In this document: one piece after another, positions 57,452 to 64,000 of the stretch
Layout: each line of letters starts with the position of its first letter
How positions within the stretch are numbered: position 1 is the stretch's first letter
DNA from: an uncultured Planctomycetia bacterium
GTDB lineage: Bacteria; Omnitrophota; Gorgyraeia; 1-14-0-20-64-10
Assembly (NCBI GenBank): GCA_964373715.1
Contig: CAYJVR010000001.1
Span: 269,888 to 333,887 of the forward strand
Length of the DNA: 64,000 bases
Reading direction: 5' to 3'
Notes under the pieces: generated by a model
Told to the model about the DNA's origin: nothing
What the model saw: the letters and a program-made list of their open reading frames with translations, nothing else
The model's database searches: none
Made by a program: the position numbers and the translations under genes

Positions 57452-58647
57452 TCTTTCGCTCCCGGAGAGACCCATTTCTCCTGGTCCCAGAGGGGCGCCC
57501 CTTTTTCCACGTGGCGTAGGTCCGGTTTGTGGGGGTAGACCGCGTGCTCAAGCGCGATCTTATTGAACTCCTCTTCGGTCATGCCGACCAGCTTCAGGAA
57601 GACGTCGAGCGAGGCGGGCCGCTTGCCGTCGAATTCCGCCATCAGTTTCTCCCCCTGCTCGCGGGTCATCCGGCTGTTCCGGATATCAATGCTGGCCAAA
57701 TGGTTCGTCCGGCCCATCCCCCGCTTGATGAAGCGCAGGTAGTCCCGCACCCCCTGCAGATAGCATTCGATCTTTTCGTAGCCGTAGCCATCCGGGACCC
57801 CTTCGACCGCTTCCTCTTTCCAGCCCAGCTCCCGCTTGATCACCTCGACTTGGGCCTTGACGTCCCACGGAATGTAGGTCCCCAGGCAGATTGACCGGTA
57901 GCCGAGTTTTTTCAGCTCCTCCTTGGGCGGGTACCGGAACGGCTCCAGGTCCCGCTCGTCGATCCCTTGCCCGAGCATGCCGGCCATGTCCTCCGCGGTG
58001 ATCCCGAGGTTGATGTAACGGTTGAACCGCTTCTCGTCCACGAGTTCCTGCTCGTCCTGGCGGAAGTAGGCGTTGTACTCGGTATTCGGCTCCCCCCAGA
58101 TCACCAAAGGCACCTGGAACCGGATCGCCATCTGCATCGGGAAGGAGAAGATGCCGGTGTGGCAGTGCCAGCAGAAGTCTCCCTTCCTCTTGAGGCTTTC
58201 CACCATGAGCCGGCGCACCACCTTCCAGCCGGCCCGGAACTTGAGGAAGTCAACGCCGAGCGCCCGGATCGTCCGCTCGGTGTTCTCGATCACGGTCGGG
58301 CGCAGGAACCCGTGGTCGAAGCAGACCACCAGCGGTTTGAGCCTGAACTGTTTCACGAGCGTGTAGGCGGTGTAGGTGCTGTCCTTGCCTCCGGAGAACG
58401 GAATGATGCAGTCGTAGGCATACTTGCCGCGGTAGCTGTCGAGCAATCCTTCAAACTCACGCTTTTTGGCGGCCCAGTCGATCACCTGCTGTTTGTGCTC
58501 GATGTTCCGGCAGACGTTGCAGACCCCTTCGGCGTCGAACACGATCGTGTCGTGCGTTTCGGCGAGCAGGCAGCGGACACAGCGCCTCAGTTTCGAGGCG
58601 CTCTCCTGCAATGAGGAGCTTTCTTTATCGAGCGACGGGTTCGGCAT
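57448..58647 (-). CDS. N-acetyl sugar amidotransferase (WbpG/PseA family), second copy
   Basis: CVRCLL…CNVC zinc ribbon and PP-loop IPFSGGKDS; paralog of the 53304..54626 gene. Confidence 0.75.
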   Translation of the reverse strand: MPNPSLDKESSSLQESASKLRRCVRCLLAETHDTIVFDAEGVCNVCRNIEHKQQVIDWAAKKREFEGLLDSYRGKYAYDCIIPFSGGKDSTYTAYTLVKQFRLKPLVVCFDHGFLRPTVIENTERTIRALGVDFLKFRAGWKVVRRLMVESLKRKGDFCWHCHTGIFSFPMQMAIRFQVPLVIWGEPNTEYNAYFRQDEQELVDEKRFNRYINLGITAEDMAGMLGQGIDERDLEPFRYPPKEELKKLGYRSICLGTYIPWDVKAQVEVIKRELGWKEEAVEGVPDGYGYEKIECYLQGVRDYLRFIKRGMGRTNHLASIDIRNSRMTREQGEKLMAEFDGKRPASLDVFLKLVGMTEEEFNKIALEHAVYPHKPDLRHVEKGAPLWDQEKWVSPGAKE

Positions 58648-59734
58648 GCACCTTTTTCTCCGATCGGCTGACGACCATATCCCATGAGAGGGGCGTCCCC
58701 TTAGCGATGTCCCGCGCCGCCTTCTTTCCCAGGACCACCGGCAGTTCCTTCGGCGGAAGCCCGTGCGCGGGCCGGATCGAGCGGACGTTCCGCTCCGTGA
58801 AGATTTCCCCCTCTTTGATGTCGGCCACCACGAAGAGAGAGCGCCGGAACACCCTGTTCTTTTCCTCTTCCGGTGTTGCTTTGTAGTCGGGTGAGCCGAT
58901 CGCCTGCTCCACCATACGGATACCCTTCACCATCGCGGCGAACTCCTGCGGCTCGAGAGAGAAACCGGCGTCTGGCCCACCCTTCGCGCGGGAGAGGATC
59001 AGATGTTTCTCCACGATGCAGGCTCCGAGTGCCACTGCGGCCAGCGCCACCTCGGTTCCGAGCGTGTGGTCCGAAAGCCCGGCCGGCGCATGGAATGTTT
59101 TGGCCAGGTGCGCGATCGTCAAAAGATTCATGTCGGATGGTGTCGCCGGGTAGCCGCTGGTGCATTTCAAGAGCGCGATCTGTTTCGCGCCCGATTCCCG
59201 AGCCGTTTTCACCGCCTCGGCAATTTCACGGAGATTGGCCAGGCCGGTGGATAGGATCATCGGTTTCCCGGTTTTGGCAATCCGCTGAATGAGCGGGATA
59301 TCCACGATCTCAAACGAGGAAACCTTGTAGGCCGGCACCCCCATTTTCTCGAGGAAATCGACCGCGGTCGGGTCGAACGGTGAGCAAAAAAGATCGATCC
59401 CGGCCTCTGCGGCGACCTTTTTCAGCTTCGGCTGCCATTCCCACGGGGTGTGCGCTTCCTTATAGAGGTCGTGGAGCGTCCGGCCGGCCCAGGGGCTCCC
59501 CTTGCCGATCTTGAACTCCGGCCTGTCCGAATCGAGCGTGATCGTGTCCGGCGTGTAGGTCTGCAGTTTCGCCGCGTCGGCCCCCGCCTTTTTCGCGGCC
59601 CGGATCAGCTCCGCCGCCTGCTCGAAAGAGCCGCCGTGGTTGCAGGAGATCTCCGCCACCAGGTAAGCCGGGTGCCCCGCGCCGATCTTCCTGCCGTTGA
59701 TTTCGATAAAAGTTTTTTGTTCCCGCATCGTCAC
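58625..59734 (-). CDS. NeuB-family nonulosonic acid synthase (PseI/LegI/NeuB-like) with C-terminal SAF domain
   Basis: EISCNHGGS, metal-binding GLSDHTLG and VEKHLIL, and a C-terminal SAF/antifreeze-like domain (…GEIFTERNVRSIRPAHGLP). Confidence 0.8.
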   Translation of the reverse strand: MTMREQKTFIEINGRKIGAGHPAYLVAEISCNHGGSFEQAAELIRAAKKAGADAAKLQTYTPDTITLDSDRPEFKIGKGSPWAGRTLHDLYKEAHTPWEWQPKLKKVAAEAGIDLFCSPFDPTAVDFLEKMGVPAYKVSSFEIVDIPLIQRIAKTGKPMILSTGLANLREIAEAVKTARESGAKQIALLKCTSGYPATPSDMNLLTIAHLAKTFHAPAGLSDHTLGTEVALAAVALGACIVEKHLILSRAKGGPDAGFSLEPQEFAAMVKGIRMVEQAIGSPDYKATPEEEKNRVFRRSLFVVADIKEGEIFTERNVRSIRPAHGLPPKELPVVLGKKAARDIAKGTPLSWDMVVSRSEKKVHAEPVAR

Positions 59735-61089
59735 ATTTTCCTGAAAACGGGTTGAATGACAGGCCCTTCGAGCGACTGAAGCAGTTTCCCCTCTTTGAGG
59801 ATCTGCGACAGCAGTTCCAGCACGCTTCGGTAGACCATCAGCACTGATTCCACAGCCGTCTCGTCATGGGCGGCGCAGAGGTTGTGGGCCCCCGTGAACA
59901 GATAGCCACGCTTGATGCATTCCTGCTGGACGAAGGTCTTCATCGCCATTGCCTCCGGGTCCGGGTGGAATCCGATCCCGGTCCTCGGCGGCAGACCGGA
60001 GCACTCGGTCCTTTCTTTCAGGCAGTAGGCTTCGGCCAGCAGGTTGTACCCTTCTTTGATCTGCCGGCCCCGCGCCCAGATCCCTTCCAAGGTGCCCGGT
60101 TCCTCCATCGCCTGAATTGTGGCCAGCGCCGCCGCGATCGATGCGGTCTCACCTGCGAAGGTGAACGAGAAAAATATTTCGTCGAACAGCGCCATTACGT
60201 CGCGCCGGCCGACGATCGCCGAGACCGGCATCCCGTTGGCCATCCCCTTGCCGAAGCAGGCCAGGTCCGGTGTTACCCCGAAATGTCCCTGCGCGCCGCC
60301 TAAGCCCAGCCGGAAGCCGGTCACCATCTCATCGAAGACGAGCAGGGCCCCGTTCTTTTGGGCCAGCTCCTTCACCCCTTCGAGGAAGCCCTGTTTCGGC
60401 TCCGCGAGCCCGACCGGCTCCATGATCACCGCGGCGATTTTCCCCGGGTGCTGTTCAAACAGAGACTTCAAAGACTCAAGGTCGTTATAGCGGAATGTCT
60501 TTGTCAGCTCGGCAACCGCTTTCGGGACCCCCTTGTTCCGGGTGGTCGTGCCGACGTACCAGTCCTGCCAGCCGTGGTAGCCGCAGCAGGCGATCAGATC
60601 GCGGCCAGTGAAGGCGCGTGCCGCCCGGACCGCGGCTGACGTCACGTCGGAACCGTTCTTGCCGAACCGGACCATCTTGGCGCAGGGGATCAGCCGGGTC
60701 AGTATTTCGGAAAGCTCCACCTCGAGCGGGTGGCTGAGCGTGAAGACAGTTCCCTGTTTTGCCTGCGCCGCCACCGCTTGAGCGACGCGCGCGTCTCCGT
60801 AGCCGAGCATGAGCGCTCCCAGCGCCATCGAGAAATCGAGGTATTTGTTGCCGTCGATATCCCAGACAAAACAGCCGGAGCCCCGCTCCAGATAGACTGG
60901 CGCAACCCCCTGCACGAACTGGGAGGGGCCTTTGCTGAAGGTCTGCGAGCAGGCGGGGATTACCTTCTCGGCTCGTTTCTTCAACTGGCGGGATTTTTCC
61001 AGCGTCCGAGCGCGTGCCGCCAGTGCCGGCTTCTCGATCAGCGATTGGCAGAGTTCCTGGATTGACGTTGTTTCAGCTGTTTTTGGCAT
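59731..61089 (-). CDS. class III PLP aminotransferase, glutamate-1-semialdehyde 2,1-aminomutase (HemL)-like
   Basis: FDEMVTGFRLGLGGAQGHFGVTPDLACFGKGMANGMPVSA hallmark of the GSA-AM family, here inside a sugar-biosynthesis cassette. Confidence 0.8.
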   Translation of the reverse strand: MPKTAETTSIQELCQSLIEKPALAARARTLEKSRQLKKRAEKVIPACSQTFSKGPSQFVQGVAPVYLERGSGCFVWDIDGNKYLDFSMALGALMLGYGDARVAQAVAAQAKQGTVFTLSHPLEVELSEILTRLIPCAKMVRFGKNGSDVTSAAVRAARAFTGRDLIACCGYHGWQDWYVGTTTRNKGVPKAVAELTKTFRYNDLESLKSLFEQHPGKIAAVIMEPVGLAEPKQGFLEGVKELAQKNGALLVFDEMVTGFRLGLGGAQGHFGVTPDLACFGKGMANGMPVSAIVGRRDVMALFDEIFFSFTFAGETASIAAALATIQAMEEPGTLEGIWARGRQIKEGYNLLAEAYCLKERTECSGLPPRTGIGFHPDPEAMAMKTFVQQECIKRGYLFTGAHNLCAAHDETAVESVLMVYRSVLELLSQILKEGKLLQSLEGPVIQPVFRKM

Positions 61090-61687
61090 GGTTCGCAGAC
61101 CTGGACTTCAGATAGTCCGATTTCAGAATACCCATCACCGTTTTGTCCCGGAATGCCCCGTCCCGGAACAGCTGTTCCTTGAGGGTCCCTTCCACTGTGA
61201 AGCCGAGTTTTTTGTACGACCGGACAGCTCCCTCATGGTCGGCGTAAACGCCGAGTGTGATCTTATGCAGGTTCAGCCTCTTGAAGCCGTACTCCAGCAG
61301 CAGCTCCATCGCCTCGGAGCCGTACCCCTTCCCCCAGACCCTTTTGTCCCCCACCATGATCCCGATGTCGGCGTTCCGGTGCAGAGGGTGGATGTTCCCC
61401 AGCTTCACGTTGCCGACGTGGCGGTTGGCCTTCTTCTCGATAATCGCCAGCATGACGTTGTTCGGGTGCTTGGCGATGTTCTCCAGGTAGTTGCGCAGAG
61501 TGGCGGTTGTGGTCGGGAAAGAGCCGGTTTCCAGGAACCGGGTCACCTCGTAATTATTGAGCCAGTCAAAGTAGGGCCCGTCCAGGTCGGTCATCTCCAT
61601 CGGACGCAGGTAGATCCTGGCGCCGGTGAGAAATGGGTGGCGGAGTTCCCCCTCTTTCTTCTGTTGCCGAATGGCTGTTTTTGTCAC
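61073..61687 (-). CDS. GNAT-family N-acetyltransferase (RimL-like)
   Basis: GARIYLRPMEMTDL…HVGNVKLG…VWGKGYGSEAM acetyl-CoA binding motif. Confidence 0.75.
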   Translation of the reverse strand: MTKTAIRQQKKEGELRHPFLTGARIYLRPMEMTDLDGPYFDWLNNYEVTRFLETGSFPTTTATLRNYLENIAKHPNNVMLAIIEKKANRHVGNVKLGNIHPLHRNADIGIMVGDKRVWGKGYGSEAMELLLEYGFKRLNLHKITLGVYADHEGAVRSYKKLGFTVEGTLKEQLFRDGAFRDKTVMGILKSDYLKSRSANHAKNS

Positions 61688-61697
61688 GGTTTTTCCC

Positions 61698-62708
61698 CTA
61701 TTCCGGCCGGGTGGTCTGTACCGTTTCCCGGAAAGTCCCTTTTTCCCTCGCGGAGAGGGCCAGCTCCAGCGTGCGGCATCCTGTTTCGAGGTCAGCGGCC
61801 GGTTTTTCCCTGTTCGCGATGCAGTCGAGGAGATGGTTCATTTCCAGCAGGTACATCATGTTGCCGTCGTAAGATTTCTTGTCGAGCAGGGTTTCCCAGC
61901 TTTTCCGGGAGGCGTCGTAGCGCCGCACCAGGATTTTTTCGGGAGATTTCCCCTCGCTTTCCCAAACAAGCGTGCCGCGCGTGCCGATGATTTCGCAGCC
62001 CCTGAGCTTCACCTGGTTCAGGTAATCGGCCTCGATAACGCCGACAGCGCCCGAATCGAATTTGAGGACCATCAGAGCGGTGTCTTCCGTCTCGATTTCC
62101 AGGTTGCTCACCTTGTCCGCGAAGGCGTCGGCCACGGCCGCCTCCCCTCCGATCCAGCGGAGATAATCAATCTCGTGGAGACATTCCAGGATGATTCCCC
62201 CGCCTTGATTCGCCCTGGCGCTGTAGGTCGCCCGGTAATCGGTGCCCGGTCTCCAGTTTGGAAGGTAGTGGCTGAACCGGGATTTGAAGAAAAGAGGTTT
62301 CCCTATCTCTCCGGCGGCCAGCGACCGCTGCAGCGTTTCGACACCGGGATGAAACCTCATGTTGCAGCCGGTCAGCACCGCCTGCCCTTTGACCTCAGCG
62401 ACGATTCGCCAGGCTTCCTCCAGAGAGTCGGCCACCGGTTTCTCGATAAAAAGAGCGCATCCGGCCTTCAGGCATTCGATGGCCGGGTCGGCATGCTCGT
62501 GCGTCGGCGTGCAGATCAGAGCCGCGTCCGGTTTTTCCCGGAGAGCCTCTGTGAGCGAAGAGAAGCTCCGGACGCCGTGTGTTTTTGCTGTTTCTTCGAC
62601 CCGGGCCGGGTCGGTGTCAAAAACAATCACTTCCCCCGCTTTAAGCGTTAACAGGTTGGCGATGTGCCGTTTGCCGATTGAGCCGCAGCCGACAACGAGA
62701 AATTTCAT
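61698..62708 (-). CDS. Gfo/Idh/MocA-family NAD(P)-dependent sugar oxidoreductase
   Basis: MKFLVVGCGSIGKRH Rossmann N-terminus and EKP motif (ALFIEKPVA). Confidence 0.8.
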   Translation of the reverse strand: MKFLVVGCGSIGKRHIANLLTLKAGEVIVFDTDPARVEETAKTHGVRSFSSLTEALREKPDAALICTPTHEHADPAIECLKAGCALFIEKPVADSLEEAWRIVAEVKGQAVLTGCNMRFHPGVETLQRSLAAGEIGKPLFFKSRFSHYLPNWRPGTDYRATYSARANQGGGIILECLHEIDYLRWIGGEAAVADAFADKVSNLEIETEDTALMVLKFDSGAVGVIEADYLNQVKLRGCEIIGTRGTLVWESEGKSPEKILVRRYDASRKSWETLLDKKSYDGNMMYLLEMNHLLDCIANREKPAADLETGCRTLELALSAREKGTFRETVQTTRPE

Positions 62709-63415
62709 CTCTTGACCTCCTCCGGCGAACGCTCCAGAGCTTCCATCAGAGCTTCCGCGATCACCAAGTGCCCAGGTTCGTCAATGTCCACCGACCTCTC
62801 GCGCGGGATCTTCCAGCCGATTGTTTTATCGCTGAAAAGCCGTTTCTCCCGCCGGAGTGCATCCAGCTTCATAAAATAGAAATAGCCGGAGTCCACCCAG
62901 ACGGGGGGGAGTTTCTGCGAGGCCACCAGGTACTGTTCTCCGAAGAAAAGCTTCAGGAAGCCGTTTTCCTCCTGCAGCGCCCAGAACGGGGGCTCCAGGA
63001 AAGTGGTGATTGCCTGGCAGATCTCCGCGTTCCGTTCCTTTATCAGCGCGTAGCCGCCGCGCAGATCCTCCGGCCGCATCAACACCGCGGTCGGCAGGAT
63101 CAGGCAGAGAGTGTCCACCGGTTTTCCCTGTTCCTCCAGCCAGCCGGCGAAGTTGAGGCAGACGTCGGCAAGCCGGGCGGTATCGCCGGCCAGTTCCGGG
63201 GACCGCTCATGCACCCGGGCGCCGAACCGGGCGGCTGTTTCGGAGATCTCCTTGTCATCGGTGGAGACCCAGATTTCCGGAAAGAGCCCGCTAGCGGCCG
63301 CCGCTTCGATGGTCCAGCCGATCACCGGCTTCCCCTTCAAGGAGGCGATGTTCTTTCGGGGGAACCTCTTCGACCCGCCGCGCGCCGGTATCAAACACGC
63401 CAAATTCTCAGACAT
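62705..63415 (-). CDS. CMP-nonulosonic acid synthetase (acylneuraminate cytidylyltransferase, NeuA/PseF/LegF family)
   Basis: LIPARGGSKRFPRKN N-terminal signature. Confidence 0.8.
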   Translation of the reverse strand: MSENLACLIPARGGSKRFPRKNIASLKGKPVIGWTIEAAAASGLFPEIWVSTDDKEISETAARFGARVHERSPELAGDTARLADVCLNFAGWLEEQGKPVDTLCLILPTAVLMRPEDLRGGYALIKERNAEICQAITTFLEPPFWALQEENGFLKLFFGEQYLVASQKLPPVWVDSGYFYFMKLDALRREKRLFSDKTIGWKIPRERSVDIDEPGHLVIAEALMEALERSPEEVKR

Positions 63416-64000
63416 GGTCCCAGGTGATCCCCTCGTTTTCGGCGATCTCCTTGAGCGCCGGTTTGCCCAGGAAATAGCCGAGGTACTCCGGCGATATCCC
63501 GTTCTCCGGGCGCATCCCGATGAGGTGCTCTTCGGTCAGAACCGTCCCCTTTTTGATCGGGGTCCGGGCCGCCAGGTGCCGGAACCACTTCTTCCTCTCG
63601 GCCTGGTCGGCCTGGCTTGGGATCAGGTCGGGAACGCCGACGCCGTCCTGCACCTGCCGTAAAACCTTCACATGCTCGGCGAACTCTTTCGGTTCGAGCG
63701 ACAGCACGTGATGGTGGCCCGGCAGAGTCCGGCTCATCGTGAGCCTCTTCTCCAGCACCGAGGAGCCGAGCGTCACCGCCATGATGTCCGGCGCCGGGTC
63801 CCGGTCGCGCGACGAATAGCCGGCCACCGTTTGGAATGTTTCCTTCAGGTAGGGGATCGTTGCCATGTTCAGCTCGCCGTAGGTGTCGGCGTGGCAGCAG
63901 TGGACAAGGACCGACTGGTCGTTGCCCTGCTCGATCATCAGTTCGATCACCTTGGCCGCGTCCGTTACATCCACCGGCCCGGTGTCTATCAGCATCGGCT
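63408..64000 (-). CDS. second NeuB-family paralog (C-terminal part only; gene continues past window end), with both conserved metal-binding His replaced
   Basis: It aligns to the first NeuB-like protein: GYSSRDRDPAPDIMAVTLGSSVLEKRLTMSR against GLSDHTLGTEVALAAVALGACIVEKHLILSR. The SAF-like C-terminus is retained (TPIKKGTVLTEEHLIGMRPENGISP). Confidence 0.5.
   Translation of the reverse strand, partial: PMLIDTGPVDVTDAAKVIELMIEQGNDQSVLVHCCHADTYGELNMATIPYLKETFQTVAGYSSRDRDPAPDIMAVTLGSSVLEKRLTMSRTLPGHHHVLSLEPKEFAEHVKVLRQVQDGVGVPDLIPSQADQAERKKWFRHLAARTPIKKGTVLTEEHLIGMRPENGISPEYLGYFLGKPALKEIAENEGITWDHV

Overview
The window is 64 kb of high-GC (about 60%) bacterial DNA in which every credible gene lies on the minus strand. 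Positions 1-12.6 kb carry housekeeping genes: a partial peptide-ABC permease, a family-5 substrate-binding protein, secG, tpiA, pgk, gap, two tandem GalT-family (HIT) uridylyltransferase paralogs, fmt, def, priA, a family-4 uracil-DNA glycosylase and an MGDG-synthase-like GT28. From about 12.7 kb to the window end (over 51 kb) runs one uninterrupted, co-directional, translationally coupled envelope-glycan locus. Its gene content includes LPS core and assembly genes: gmhB, two GT9 heptosyltransferases, an O-antigen-ligase-family protein, a WecA/MraY-like initiating transferase fusion and a MOP flippase. It has many GT2 and GT4 transferases, two GT fusions with non-GT domains (WecA/MraY-like + Rossmann; GT4 + DUF218), and an expanded Arn (Ara4N)-like set: a UXS/ArnA-type SDR, an ArnB/DegT-like aminotransferase, two ArnC/DPM1-like GT2s and at least three ArnT-like GT-C membrane proteins. 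There are six class-I SAM methyltransferases, an AsnB-family amidotransferase, an Fcl-like reductase and a tandem pair of KpsS/KpsC-family (Capsule_synth) paralogs next to a PhyH-like Fe/2OG dioxygenase. At the 3' (plus-coordinate) end is a sialic-acid-like nonulosonic acid cassette: NeuB-family synthase, NeuA-family CMP-transferase, Gfo/Idh/MocA oxidoreductase, class-III (HemL-like) aminotransferase, GNAT, and a partial second NeuB-like paralog lacking both metal-binding His. It is preceded by two WbpG/PseA-type amidotransferase modules with HisH/HisF homologs, one as a HisH-HisF fusion, overlapping a local GC dip of about 1.2 kb. No rRNA, tRNA, CRISPR array, transposase or integrase was recognised. 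The long plus-strand ORFs are antisense shadows of the minus-strand genes.
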